From sequence record NC_007021.1: a stretch of 64,000 nt of DNA. One strand, given 5' to 3'. Position 1 is the first letter of the stretch. Every line of letters starts with the position of its first letter. A program made the position numbers and the translations under genes. Source of the DNA: Staphylococcus phage Twort. The notes under the pieces are model-generated. The model worked only from the letters and a program-made list of their open reading frames with translations, did not search any database and was not told the DNA's origin. Positions 31,253 through 41,491 of this stretch are shown one piece after another.

Positions 31253-34200
31253 ATGAAAGCATTAATATTATTCGACCATATTAGGGAAGAACATTACTCA
31301 GTGGTTAACGGTAAACCACAATTTAAGTTACTACAAACACCTAATGGTAAAATATTAAAAAGTATCTTAAGCAAATTTGCAGGTTTAGAACGAACAAAAG
31401 AAGTTAAGAATTATGATATTAATTTCCTTTATAATGCTATCCCACAGCCTATCTATAATGACTATGGTAAAATTATTAAATACAATGATGTAAAACAAAG
31501 TGAAGTTAAACCATACTATGAAAGAATGAATAATATTATTACAGAAAATAAATATGATATTATCATTCCATTAGGTAAACTAGGTGTTAAGTATCTTCTT
31601 AATGTAAGCTCTATTGGTAAAGTAAGAGGTGTACCTACTAAGGTAGATATTGGTACCCATCAAACTTGGGTACTGCCTACGTATAGTATAGAATATACTA
31701 ATGTAAACAAAAATGCGGAGAGACATGTGGTTGCTGATTTAGAACTAGTAGGTAAGTTTGTTAAAAACGGGGAAGATGCGTTTACACCTAAAGAAGTAGA
31801 TTATGAATTAGTAACTAATATTGAACGAGTAAGGGAAATATTTAATAAAGAAGTAAAAAATGACAATAATGATGGTGTAGATATTACCGCATGGGACTTA
31901 GAAACCAACTCATTATCACCAGAGAAAAAGGGAAGTAAACCTTTAGTGTTATCAATGAGTTGGAAGAATGGACAAGGTGTTACAATACCTTTGTATAAAT
32001 CTGATTTTACATGGGAAAATGGACAACAAGATATTGATGAGATACTTGCTATGTTAAAAGAATGGGTAGCTAGTAAAGAAGATATTAAAGTAGCACACAA
32101 TGGGCAGTATGATATTAACTTTTTAATGTCCTCACAAAATTTCACAGAGTTTAATGAACATCAAGATACTAAAGTAGGTTGGTATTTAGCTGTTACACAA
32201 GAAGAGGCGGAATCTTTAAAACTATCTGATATTTCTTATGAAGTTACTGATATGGGTGGGTATGACAAGCCTTTAGAAAATTTTAAAAAATGGTTTATCC
32301 AAGATTTACTTAAGTATTTATCCGATGCTTTAAATGAAAGAAAGAAAGAGAATAAGAAACCTGTTAAAAAAGAGTATGATATAAAGGCTCCTGATTATGA
32401 CTCATGGATTAAGGGTAAATTACAAGAACCTGTAGACTTAGATAATCATGATATAAAGCTAAAGGTGTCTGAAGAAGAAAAAGTATATACTGAGTTAGGA
32501 TTAGTACCAGAAATTCTTAATAAAAATATATTCTTTGAAGACACATTTAAAGAGTTAGTATCTAAATATGATGTTTATATGAATTTATCTTCAGCGTCAA
32601 AAGAATACGTGTTAGATACTGCTATTAATCTTATTAATAAATACAAGAACGTAAAAGATGTAATTAATGATGTAGATGGTAATAGCTTTAACTATGATTG
32701 GATTCCATTAGAACTTATGCATCCCTATGCTAGTGGAGATACTGATGCTTGTAGACGTATATATTGTGATGTTATTAATAAATTAAAAGAGCAGAATAGA
32801 CCTAAGGCTTTAGAATTATTAACTAAGAGTTACCCAAGACTAACAAGAACTCTAGCTAGAATACAATCTAATGGTATGTATACTGATACTGAATATTTAT
32901 ATATGATAGATGATAAATATAGTAATGAATTAGATAAAATAGAACAAAAATTAAGAAGTCATTGGGTTATTAAGGAATTTGAAGATACAAGATATGATTT
33001 ATATATGGCAGGTGTAGAAGAATTTGAAAGTAATCCACCTAAAGAACGTAATAAATCTATAACTCAATATAGAGATAAATTTAAGAATGGTGGTTGGAAA
33101 TTTAAACCAAGTTCAGGGGCACATAAAGGAGAAGTATTATTTTCTATCTTAGGAATATCATTACCTTATGAAAAAGAATTTGTTAAGGATAAACCTTTTA
33201 CCAAAGGAGTAAAAGAGGATAAATTAACTTGGGAAGATTATAAAACAAATAAAAGCACTATTGACTATATTATTGATAATATAGAACTTAAAAAAGATTG
33301 TATAGATGTGGTTGTTCTTATGAAGAAGTATGCTGAATTACAAACAAAAAGAAACTCCTTCACTAAGAAACTTCCTAACCTGGTTAATAAAGAGACTAGT
33401 ACTTTACATGGCAATTTTAATAGTACTGGTACAGCATCGGCTAGGCTAAGTAGTAGTGCTCCTAATTTACAACAATTACCTTCTCACACATCAGATGTTA
33501 ATAAATTTGACTACCATTATCCTGTTAAACGTGCTTTTAAATCTAGATATAAGAATGGTATTATGACAGAGTTAGACTTTAGTGCTATTGAGATGAAAAT
33601 AATAGGACTATATACTAAAGACCCTGAAATGTTAGAATCATTTTTAAAAGGAGAAGATATTCATAAATCAACAGCAAGTATTGTTTATAACAAACCTGTA
33701 GAAGATATAACTGCTGAAGAAAGACAGAACACTAAGAAAGTAAACTTCGGCATCGCATATGGGGAAAGTCCGTTCTCTTTTTCTGGCAAAAATAATATGA
33801 CTGTAGAAGAGGCAGAAGAGATATTTAATAAATATTTTAATACTAAACCTTCCGTAAAAAATTCAATTGATGCTACGCATGATTTTGTACAGAAACATGG
33901 TTATGTAGAGGCTATGCAAGGACACCAACGTTTTATTAGAGATGCTCAAAGCAGTGATAAGAAAAAACGTAATCAAGCCCTTAGACAGTCATTCAATACA
34001 ATAATACAAAGTACAGCTGGGTACCTTACTAATATGGCTTTAACATTTATAGATGATTTTATACAACAAAACAATATAAAATCAAAAATAGTAGCAACAG
34101 TACACGATAGTATTTTAATTGATACCCACCCTGATGATATTTTTATTATTGGTAAAGTATCTAAGCATATTATGGAAAACTTACCATATGATTTTCTATT

Positions 34201-34456
34201 CATGAATCATAATGGAAGTAGCATAAGATACCCTATAGAGGCTGACTTTGAAATAGGTCTTGCGTATAATGATATGGTAGAGTATGATGAGGAAGATATG
34301 AAGACATTTAATAAAGTAGAAAACTACATTAAATATAAAATGTCCCTAAAAACTATTAAGGAATATTTCGAGTCAGGTAAACTTACTGAAGAGCAATACA
34401 AACAAAAAGTAAGTATTGTAGAATCAGAGAAATATAAATACCAACAAATGTCTTGA
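31253..34456 (+). CDS. family A DNA polymerase with 3'-5' exonuclease domain
   Basis: Exo I AWDLETNS, Exo II HNGQYD, Exo III YASGDTD. Pol motif A LDFSAIEMKI, motif B KKVNFGIAYGES, motif C VHDSIL. RBS GGAGAGGG before the ATG at 31253. Confidence 0.85.
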   Translation: MKALILFDHIREEHYSVVNGKPQFKLLQTPNGKILKSILSKFAGLERTKEVKNYDINFLYNAIPQPIYNDYGKIIKYNDVKQSEVKPYYERMNNIITENKYDIIIPLGKLGVKYLLNVSSIGKVRGVPTKVDIGTHQTWVLPTYSIEYTNVNKNAERHVVADLELVGKFVKNGEDAFTPKEVDYELVTNIERVREIFNKEVKNDNNDGVDITAWDLETNSLSPEKKGSKPLVLSMSWKNGQGVTIPLYKSDFTWENGQQDIDEILAMLKEWVASKEDIKVAHNGQYDINFLMSSQNFTEFNEHQDTKVGWYLAVTQEEAESLKLSDISYEVTDMGGYDKPLENFKKWFIQDLLKYLSDALNERKKENKKPVKKEYDIKAPDYDSWIKGKLQEPVDLDNHDIKLKVSEEEKVYTELGLVPEILNKNIFFEDTFKELVSKYDVYMNLSSASKEYVLDTAINLINKYKNVKDVINDVDGNSFNYDWIPLELMHPYASGDTDACRRIYCDVINKLKEQNRPKALELLTKSYPRLTRTLARIQSNGMYTDTEYLYMIDDKYSNELDKIEQKLRSHWVIKEFEDTRYDLYMAGVEEFESNPPKERNKSITQYRDKFKNGGWKFKPSSGAHKGEVLFSILGISLPYEKEFVKDKPFTKGVKEDKLTWEDYKTNKSTIDYIIDNIELKKDCIDVVVLMKKYAELQTKRNSFTKKLPNLVNKETSTLHGNFNSTGTASARLSSSAPNLQQLPSHTSDVNKFDYHYPVKRAFKSRYKNGIMTELDFSAIEMKIIGLYTKDPEMLESFLKGEDIHKSTASIVYNKPVEDITAEERQNTKKVNFGIAYGESPFSFSGKNNMTVEEAEEIFNKYFNTKPSVKNSIDATHDFVQKHGYVEAMQGHQRFIRDAQSSDKKKRNQALRQSFNTIIQSTAGYLTNMALTFIDDFIQQNNIKSKIVATVHDSILIDTHPDDIFIIGKVSKHIMENLPYDFLFMNHNGSSIRYPIEADFEIGLAYNDMVEYDEEDMKTFNKVENYIKYKMSLKTIKEYFESGKLTEEQYKQKVSIVESEKYKYQQMS

Positions 34457-34499
34457 CAATACAGATAATCTATGTTAGACTATATGAAGTAAAGGAGGT

Positions 34500-34709
34500 A
34501 TGTATATGAGGTTTAAGAAATATAGGAAGAAAGATGCTATTGAACTCATTAAAAGCGGTAAAGTACATATTATGTATAACTACCATACGAAAGAACCTAT
34601 TACATTATTTGAATGCGTATTTAGACCTACCTTTCTAAAAGATAAATCTTTATGGGTAGTAAAAAAGGAAAATACGAAATGGGGTAGAAAGAAATGGAAA
34701 TTCAAGTAG
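34500..34709 (+). CDS. hypothetical protein
   Basis: 69-aa ORF with AAGGAGG RBS. Confidence 0.35.
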   Translation: MYMRFKKYRKKDAIELIKSGKVHIMYNYHTKEPITLFECVFRPTFLKDKSLWVVKKENTKWGRKKWKFK

Positions 34710-35176
34710 ATAGTTTAGATTTTGACACGATTAAAATTAAAGACAAGAATAATAATGAAACAATTCTTTCTATCCGAGAGGAACTTAAAATAGATGAGGT
34801 TAATTTAAATGAGTCTTTTATGACTCAATCTAGTAAGTTTGCTTATTGGGCCAACTTACTAGAAATTGTTCGTAGGTATAGTGAGGCTGAAGAACGGAAG
34901 CTAGAGACAATCGGAGCACAACTTAATCTATCTATTCGTGAATGGTATAAACAAAATAAAGAAAAGCCTACTAAAGATATGATTGAAGCTAGAATTATGA
35001 TAGACAAGAACTACCAAGAACAGTTAAAAGTAGTAGAAGAATGGAATTACAAAACAAAACAGTTACAATACGTAGTAAAAGCTTTTGAGCAACGTGTAAA
35101 CGCACTAACACATTTAGGTGCTGAACAAAGACTAACAAACAAGAATAAGGTTATTACAAACCCATATTCTCACTAA
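34694..35176 (+). CDS. hypothetical protein
   Basis: 160-aa ORF. Confidence 0.4.
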   Translation: MEIQVDSLDFDTIKIKDKNNNETILSIREELKIDEVNLNESFMTQSSKFAYWANLLEIVRRYSEAEERKLETIGAQLNLSIREWYKQNKEKPTKDMIEARIMIDKNYQEQLKVVEEWNYKTKQLQYVVKAFEQRVNALTHLGAEQRLTNKNKVITNPYSH

Positions 35177-35184
35177 AAAAAGTA

Positions 35185-35213
35185 TTGACAAAGTATATAA
35201 ATTATGTTACAAT
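35185..35213 (+). promoter_or_regulatory. promoter TTGACA-17-TGnTACAAT
   Basis: TTGACA at 35185-35190, TACAAT at 35208-35213. Confidence 0.55.
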
Positions 35214-35247
35214 ATAAAAGAATTTAAATTTAAGGAGAGATATTTTT

Positions 35248-36342
35248 ATGTCATTTGCAGATTTTTTAAGTCAAGAACAAAAGAAACAAGAAGGTTTTAA
35301 TAACGATAATGTAGAACGTTACACACCTAAACAACCAGTATTACGTTTAGGTAAGCAAAAAGATGGTTCACAGAAAGAACAAGTATTAGTACGTATCTTA
35401 CCTGCAACAGATGGTGGGTTTGCTTTTGCTAAAGCATTTCGTACTACTTTCATTAACTATACTAAAAAGAACGGGGAGCAAACAGGTTCTGGATTAACAC
35501 TACCTGCTGATAATGGTTCATCAGTGTTAGACCCATTCATTACGGATTGGATTTCTAAAAAAGTACAATTTAGCCGTTTCCCTAATAAACCCTCATTACG
35601 TTACTTTATTCATGTTATTGAGTACGTAAATAATGGCGGTCAATTACAACCAATGAAGGATGACCAAGGTAATTTAAAAGTTCAACCTATGGAAATTTCA
35701 GGTACAGCCTATACAAATATTATTAATGCTTTAGGTGACCCTATGTTAGCACCTAAGACAGAGACAGATTTACGATTCATTGCACCTGATAATGCATTTA
35801 TTGTAAATATTCGTAAAGCTAAAAAAGGTGAGATGCAATGGGGTGTTACGGTATATCCTACAGTAGAATTAGGAGCTTTACCTAATAACTGGAAAGAATT
35901 AACAAGTGATTTAGATAAACTAGCTACACCTACAGAAGAACAAAACCCTAAATTTGTTAACTTCTTAATTAATAATGTAAACAATACTGAATTATCTACA
36001 GATAATTTCAAGTTTAATCGTGAAACAAATACTTTAGGTGAAGAACCTACACCTAAGCAAGAATCACCTTCAGAACAAGATATTTCTAATATGATGCCAG
36101 ACAATTTAACACAGCAACAGCCTACACAGAACAATCAACCGTACCAACCAACAGATAATCCTTTTGATGTAGGTGATTTATCAGAACCTGAACCATATGA
36201 AATGCCACAACAACCAACACAACAGAAACAAGAGCAAACTAAACAACAAGAACAACCAAAACAAGCACCTACTCAACAAAATAACCAAAGTATGCCACAA
36301 GATATTAATTCTATTTTAGGTGACTTAGATATTGACATTTAA
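35248..36342 (+). CDS. putative gp32-like ssDNA-binding protein
   Basis: N-terminal ...LRLGKQKDGSQKEQVLVRILPA resembles T4 gp32 ...LKLDNAGNGQAVIRFLP. A Q/P-rich linker and acidic C-terminus DLDIDI are typical of SSB tails. Confidence 0.45.
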   Translation: MSFADFLSQEQKKQEGFNNDNVERYTPKQPVLRLGKQKDGSQKEQVLVRILPATDGGFAFAKAFRTTFINYTKKNGEQTGSGLTLPADNGSSVLDPFITDWISKKVQFSRFPNKPSLRYFIHVIEYVNNGGQLQPMKDDQGNLKVQPMEISGTAYTNIINALGDPMLAPKTETDLRFIAPDNAFIVNIRKAKKGEMQWGVTVYPTVELGALPNNWKELTSDLDKLATPTEEQNPKFVNFLINNVNNTELSTDNFKFNRETNTLGEEPTPKQESPSEQDISNMMPDNLTQQQPTQNNQPYQPTDNPFDVGDLSEPEPYEMPQQPTQQKQEQTKQQEQPKQAPTQQNNQSMPQDINSILGDLDIDI

Positions 36343-36345
36343 TTA

Positions 36346-36367
36346 AAAGGGCTTTAAAGCCCTTTTA
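36346..36367 (+). terminator. rho-independent terminator
   Basis: AAAGGGCTTTAAAGCCCTTTTATT palindrome followed by a T-run. Confidence 0.65.
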
Positions 36368-36484
36368 TTATACATATATGAGGGGAGTACTTATATTAAT
36401 TTTGACCAACTGAACCCGTACTTTCAAAATAGACTACATCAAAAGTTAATCTTACCAAATGATAAAGAGGTACTATTAAGTCAT

Positions 36485-36730
36485 GTGTTAACACATAGAA
36501 ACTCTGTGAGTCTTTGGTTTACTTACAAGTTAAATAAAGTGAATATTGAGATTGACTATTCACTTCGTAGCGATGCTATATTACACGTACCTGAAATATG
36601 TCTAGGTAATCGAATACTGACTAAGCATATGAAATTCAACAAAATTAGTAGTTTACTACATCATATAGAGTACTCATTAGAGAATTGGGTTGAAGATATA
36701 GACTCTAATGATGTTTTAGAATGGATATAA
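36485..36730 (+). CDS. hypothetical protein
   Basis: 81-aa ORF. Weak. Confidence 0.3.
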   Translation: MLTHRNSVSLWFTYKLNKVNIEIDYSLRSDAILHVPEICLGNRILTKHMKFNKISSLLHHIEYSLENWVEDIDSNDVLEWI

Positions 36731-37968
36731 AAGGAGAGATTTTCTTGGCTAGAGCTAAAAAAGGACAGGAAGTAGATTTATCACAATTAAATACAATTGA
36801 TTTAGGGAAAGAAATGGGATTAACATTACTTTCTGATACGAATAAAGCTGATATTAAAAACATTTTACCTACTATGGTTCCACAGTATGATAGAATCTTA
36901 GGAGGAGGTATTCCACTAGGACGACTTACCGAGGTTTACGGTTTAAATGCGAGCGGTAAATCGACATTTGCTGTTCATTTATCACGTATCACCACTCAGC
37001 TAGGTGTCATTACAGTATGGATTGATATTGAAGGTACTGCTGACAATAGACGAATGGAGCAGTTAGGTGTAGATGTATCTAAATTATTCTCTATTCAAGC
37101 AGGTGAAGGCAGACTTAAAAATACGGTAGAATTATCTATTGAAACTGTAGGTAAGGAGTTAGAATACTGGATTGATACTTTTAATGAGAAATTACCAGGT
37201 GTACCTATTCTATTTATTTGGGATTCTTTAGGAGGTACACGTACCGATGAAGAAATTAAAGGTGGTATTGATACTAAGAAACTAGGTATTAGAGCTTCTA
37301 GCGCACAAAAAGTTATTAACGCTATTACTCCTAAGTTAAATGAAACAAATACAGGTGTGTTAATTATTAACCAAGCACGAGATAACTTAAATATGAGTAA
37401 CCCTTACGATGACCCTATTAAGTCTACAGGTGGTAGGGCGTTTGAACATGCGGCTAGTTTACGTATTAAGGTAAATAAAGGGGCGCAAATCAAACAAGCA
37501 AAAGCCAGTGGTAAAGATGAATACTCAGGTCATATTATGCGTATTGAAACTAAAAAATCTAAACTATCAAGACCAAACCAAAAGGCTGAAGCTCACCTGC
37601 TATCCGAGTGGGAGTTATCTGACGGTACATTACTGAATGGATTAGACCTACATAATGTTGTGTATCAAGAGGCTGTAGAAAAAGGTTTAATCACTAAAGG
37701 CGCTTGGAGAAATTATATTACTTTAAATGGTGAAGAGATTAAGTTACGAGATGCTGAATGGGTACCTAGATTAAAAGAAGATTATGAGCTTTATTTAGAA
37801 CTATTTAAACGTACTTATGTGGAGAACTTCCCTAATGGATACTCCCCGCTAGAAAATAAGACGGTAGATGTTACACAATTAGATGAATACCAAGCATTAG
37901 AGGATTACTACACAGCATTAAAGGAATCTGATAATGAGCAAGCAGTAGAGGAAGATGATAATGAATAA
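36721..37968 (+). CDS. RecA/UvsX-family recombinase
   Basis: Walker A GLNASGKST, Walker B ILFIWDSLGG, RecA-like L1/L2 region. Confidence 0.75.
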   Translation: MDIKGEIFLARAKKGQEVDLSQLNTIDLGKEMGLTLLSDTNKADIKNILPTMVPQYDRILGGGIPLGRLTEVYGLNASGKSTFAVHLSRITTQLGVITVWIDIEGTADNRRMEQLGVDVSKLFSIQAGEGRLKNTVELSIETVGKELEYWIDTFNEKLPGVPILFIWDSLGGTRTDEEIKGGIDTKKLGIRASSAQKVINAITPKLNETNTGVLIINQARDNLNMSNPYDDPIKSTGGRAFEHAASLRIKVNKGAQIKQAKASGKDEYSGHIMRIETKKSKLSRPNQKAEAHLLSEWELSDGTLLNGLDLHNVVYQEAVEKGLITKGAWRNYITLNGEEIKLRDAEWVPRLKEDYELYLELFKRTYVENFPNGYSPLENKTVDVTQLDEYQALEDYYTALKESDNEQAVEEDDNE

Positions 37969-38308
37969 CTTAATTGATGACAATATTAAAAAGGTTAAAA
38001 GGGCGTTAGTTGATACTAACTCCCTTGATATTGTACCTGAACCTTATCTTGCTATTGCTAGTAAGTTTAAGAAAGTAAGAGAAAAAGGTGAATCCGTTAT
38101 TCTTGAAGAAGCAGGATTTCCTCATACTAATTCTACTATTATGTATATTGATTATGTTTCTGACAGATGGGTTTTAGGTTACTCATATACAAAATCTGAA
38201 AGAGAAACTGTAAAAATACCTAGAACTATTCATTATTCTGACATTTATGTAACAGACAAATCACATAAAGTAAATGTAATTTTTGAAGGGGAGAATCCTT
38301 ATGAATAG
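37955..38308 (+). CDS. hypothetical protein
   Basis: 117-aa ORF. Confidence 0.4.
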   Translation: MIMNNLIDDNIKKVKRALVDTNSLDIVPEPYLAIASKFKKVREKGESVILEEAGFPHTNSTIMYIDYVSDRWVLGYSYTKSERETVKIPRTIHYSDIYVTDKSHKVNVIFEGENPYE

Positions 38309-38936
38309 ATACGTAGTAGACCCTTCAATGAACGATTTAGAAAGGGATGTAGATACCTTACTTTATAAGTATAAAAACTTAAGGTGGTCACTCTACCATA
38401 GATATGCAGGTGTATTATCTAATGAATCAGAACGCCAAGAGTTACAAGAGTATATAGATGAGCAATTTATTAAACTTGTTAAAGAGTATAATATTAGAAG
38501 TGGTGTAGATTTTCCTGGCTATATTAAATCAAAACTTACATTAAGAGTTAGAAACAGTTATGTAAAGAAGAATAAGAAATATAAAAAAACAGAACTTCTA
38601 GGTAATAAAGATAATACTGTTGAAATGTTATCAGAACAGTTAGTTAGTGGTGTTAATGAGTCTGATGTAATTAGTTATGTGTTTGAAGGTGTAGAATTTA
38701 ACGACATTCAAAAACTATTACTCTATTACTTATTAGATGATGGGTATCATGAAGACTCTGCTATTATTAGACTTGTATCGGAGGAACTAGCAGTACAACG
38801 AAAAGAGGTATCTAAAGAGCTAGAAGAACTTAGAACTTATATTAAGTTTAAAATTGATGCTTATCATGAGAACTTTACTAAAAATTTAATGGAGCATGGC
38901 AAGGTAAATACAGAAAATACAACATGGGAGCTGTAA
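38283..38936 (+). CDS. phage RNA polymerase sigma factor (sigma-70 region 2-like)
   Basis: YIDEQFIKLVKEYNIRSGVDFPGYIKSKLTLRVRNSY matches the sigma region 2.1-2.3 pattern. Analogous to SPO1 gp28/gp34-type sigma factors. Confidence 0.5.
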   Translation: MKGRILMNRYVVDPSMNDLERDVDTLLYKYKNLRWSLYHRYAGVLSNESERQELQEYIDEQFIKLVKEYNIRSGVDFPGYIKSKLTLRVRNSYVKKNKKYKKTELLGNKDNTVEMLSEQLVSGVNESDVISYVFEGVEFNDIQKLLLYYLLDDGYHEDSAIIRLVSEELAVQRKEVSKELEELRTYIKFKIDAYHENFTKNLMEHGKVNTENTTWEL

Positions 38937-38962
38937 AAGGGTACTTTAAGTACCCTTTTTGT
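38937..38962 (+). terminator. rho-independent terminator
   Basis: AAGGGTACT-tta-AGTACCCTT followed by TTTTT. Confidence 0.7.
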
Positions 38963-39006
38963 TATATTAAAATTGAATTTATAAAGAAGAAAAAGGAGCT
39001 TAAATT

Positions 39007-39645
39007 ATGGCTAAAAAGAATGTAAACGAGCTACTTAAGCAAGAAAAAGTAGAAGTAGCAAATAAATATTTACAAGTAGTAACACATAGAGATGGCTACA
39101 CACGCACACATGAAGGTCAATACTCATACAAAGTAGTTGACAAGTCTGGGGAACTATTTATTTTTCCTGTACAAACAGATGGGTATGGTAAATTACAAGT
39201 GATGGTAGATTCTCCTATCGCATACACGAACGGGAATAACATTCACTTTGTAGTAAATACATTAACAGACCCATATACGCAAGCGTTTATTCGTACAGAA
39301 GAAATCAAAGGTTTAGATAAAGGTAAACAACTTATTCAAGCCTTCTTAGCTTTCATTGAAGACCGTTTCCGTTTTGGTGTTTATAATGTATTTGTTGTTG
39401 GTAAGGAGGATGCTAAAACTGTAGCTGATGTTGCAGGTACAGATGCAGTTAAAGTAGAGGAAGTTAAAGGTCGTGCTTTTGAAGACCTAGTAGTTAACTA
39501 CCCAACAGGCAATGCTCGTGAAGATGTACGTCATGCAGACCAAAGTGAAGGTATGGGTGATACATCAGAGCCTTCAGCACCTGAAAGTCCTACTAATGTA
39601 CAGGTATCACCTGGTGAAACTTCAGCAGATATTTCAGCACAATAA
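39007..39645 (+). CDS. hypothetical virion-associated protein ending with the start of an FN3-like domain
   Basis: 212 aa. C-terminus PTNVQVSPGETSADIS is encoded by a ~50-nt sequence repeated at 40133-40185. Confidence 0.45.
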   Translation: MAKKNVNELLKQEKVEVANKYLQVVTHRDGYTRTHEGQYSYKVVDKSGELFIFPVQTDGYGKLQVMVDSPIAYTNGNNIHFVVNTLTDPYTQAFIRTEEIKGLDKGKQLIQAFLAFIEDRFRFGVYNVFVVGKEDAKTVADVAGTDAVKVEEVKGRAFEDLVVNYPTGNAREDVRHADQSEGMGDTSEPSAPESPTNVQVSPGETSADISAQ

Positions 39646-39668
39646 AATAATATAAAGGAGTAATACAA

Positions 39669-40187
39669 TTGGCAACTAAATTTAATCTTTACAAAGATGA
39701 GAAACTTGTTAAAAGTGTAGACAAAGAAGAAATTGGTACAACAGCTATTACAATTGACTCTTTAGAGGCTGACACGGATTACCCTGAAGGTACTTACACT
39801 GTATCTTTCTCTAATGAGTCTGGGGAATCTCAAAAAGTTAATGTTCCTCAATTTAAAACTAAAGCTATTGGACTTATATCTATTACATTAGATGTAGATA
39901 CTTTAGACTTAACAGTTAAAGAAACACATCAATTAAATGTTACTTTTGAACCTAGCACAGCGTCTAATCAGAATGTAAAATATGAATCAGATAGTGAACA
40001 TGCAACAGTTACACCAGAAGGGTTAGTAGAAGCAGTATCCGTTGGTTCTGCAAACATCACTGTAACTTCTGAGGATGGCTCACATACAGATGTAGTAGCT
40101 GTAACAGTAAAAGAACCAATTCCTTCAGAACCTACTAATGTACAGGTATCACCTGGTGAAACTTCAGCAGATATTTCAGTAGAATAG
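39669..40187 (+). CDS. Ig-like (Big_2) / FN3-like domain protein
   Basis: TTG start after AAAGGAG. Big_2-like segment ITLDVDTLDLTVKETHQLNVTFEPS...ANITVTSEDGSHTDVVAVTV. Ends with the same PTNVQVSPGETSADIS peptide. Confidence 0.5.
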   Translation: MATKFNLYKDEKLVKSVDKEEIGTTAITIDSLEADTDYPEGTYTVSFSNESGESQKVNVPQFKTKAIGLISITLDVDTLDLTVKETHQLNVTFEPSTASNQNVKYESDSEHATVTPEGLVEAVSVGSANITVTSEDGSHTDVVAVTVKEPIPSEPTNVQVSPGETSADISVE

Positions 40188-40198
40188 GAGAGTAAATA

Positions 40199-40414
40199 AT
40201 GTCTAAAACGTTAAAAGTATATAAAAAAGAAACTGGTGAGGTAGTAGGACAAAAAGAAGTAACTACAAGTACTACTAAAATCACAATTACAGGTCTTGAG
40301 AAAGGTACTACATATAATACAGGAACTTTCCAAGTTTCTTACACAAATGAGTCTGGAGAATCTCAAAAAGTAGATGTTCCAGAATTTACTACAATCAATT
40401 CAGATATTGTATAA
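40199..40414 (+). CDS. FN3-like domain protein, paralog of the N-terminus of the 39669 gene
   Basis: Shares NESGESQKV(N/D)VP(Q/E)F and ~85% nt identity with 39822-39865. Confidence 0.45.
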   Translation: MSKTLKVYKKETGEVVGQKEVTTSTTKITITGLEKGTTYNTGTFQVSYTNESGESQKVDVPEFTTINSDIV

Positions 40415-40421
40415 GATATTT

Positions 40422-40454
40422 AGACTAGGATTAAATTCCTAGTCTTTTTTTTTA
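40422..40454 (+). terminator. rho-independent terminator
   Basis: AGACTAGGA-ttaaa-TTCCTAGTCT followed by T9. Related to the terminator at 11571. Confidence 0.75.
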
Positions 40455-40483
40455 TTGACATTATTTTAACTATATGTTATGAT
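40455..40483 (+). promoter_or_regulatory. promoter TTGACATT-17-TGnTATGAT
   Basis: TTGACA at 40455-40460, TATGAT at 40478-40483. Confidence 0.5.
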
Positions 40484-40757
40484 TACTAATGAAATTAAGA
40501 AAGGAGAGGTTTTTGTGGAACCTATTTTATTAAGAAGTGCGTATGATTACTTAAAAGTTAAGTACGCAATGGAAAATAAAGAAAAGTATGTTGCAGTAGC
40601 GTTCGATGATATTTCTGTAGAGTCGTTAAATGTTATGAGTATGATGAATGTTATTCAAGACTACTTACACATTTACGGTTATAAGGTATCGGAGTATGGT
40701 AAAATGAATGCGGATGAGGATGTTAAAGGTTACTTATACGAAAGGATTGAAGATTAA
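40479..40757 (+). CDS. hypothetical protein
   Basis: 92-aa ORF. Confidence 0.35.
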   Translation: MITNEIKKGEVFVEPILLRSAYDYLKVKYAMENKEKYVAVAFDDISVESLNVMSMMNVIQDYLHIYGYKVSEYGKMNADEDVKGYLYERIED

Positions 40758-41491
40758 TGCTTATTATTTACAATAAGAACCATATACAATCAAAAGAAGT
40801 TCACAAGCATTTAGGATATAGTGTAAATGAGAATGTTTGTGCTGTAGTAAATAACCAAGATGCTATTAAAGTAGTTAAAGAGTCACAAGATACTGATATT
40901 ATGTTAGTAGGGTTTATTTACACAAAAGACCTTGAGTGTTTAGTAGAATTAGGTAAAACTATCTATTGGGTATCTAACATAGGTACTATACCTAGCTTAT
41001 TTAAACACGTGGATAATAGTAAAATAAAATCTTTATTAGAGCAAGCAGTAGAACTTCTACCAGAAGAATACGGTGTTTTTGAGTACACTAAAGAATCTAT
41101 GAAGAAAGCTACTGACTACTATAACTTTAAAAACGATGACTACTTAGAAGAAGTAGACATTGACAAAGACCTTATTGACATGTTAGCTAAAAAATGCTAT
41201 ACTAATGGAGACTTACACTTTCTGTATGAATTAGACCCTAAACTTAGATTACCTATTGCATATAGTATTACAAGGGGTAAAGATAAAGCTATTGTAGTTA
41301 TAGGGTCACAAACAGCTAGTGATAATGATATGCTTTCTTTCTATGTAAAAGGATATGATGTAAGTAAACTAGCAAATACATTTAATGCAGAATATGAAGT
41401 TGGTAATAACACCTTTACTACCTTTATTCCTAGTCATATTAATGTAGTAGGTAAAAGTATAAAAAAGTATATGGAGGATTCCGATGTATAA
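40757..41491 (+). CDS. hypothetical protein
   Basis: 244-aa ORF. Confidence 0.4.
   Translation: MLIIYNKNHIQSKEVHKHLGYSVNENVCAVVNNQDAIKVVKESQDTDIMLVGFIYTKDLECLVELGKTIYWVSNIGTIPSLFKHVDNSKIKSLLEQAVELLPEEYGVFEYTKESMKKATDYYNFKNDDYLEEVDIDKDLIDMLAKKCYTNGDLHFLYELDPKLRLPIAYSITRGKDKAIVVIGSQTASDNDMLSFYVKGYDVSKLANTFNAEYEVGNNTFTTFIPSHINVVGKSIKKYMEDSDV

Noticed and set aside
39640-39670. Programmed frameshift or readthrough fusing the adjacent FN3/Ig genes
   Set aside because: Both relevant frames contain stop codons within each ~25-nt junction. Each downstream gene has its own RBS and start (TTG at 39669, ATG at 40199), so independent translation is the simpler reading.
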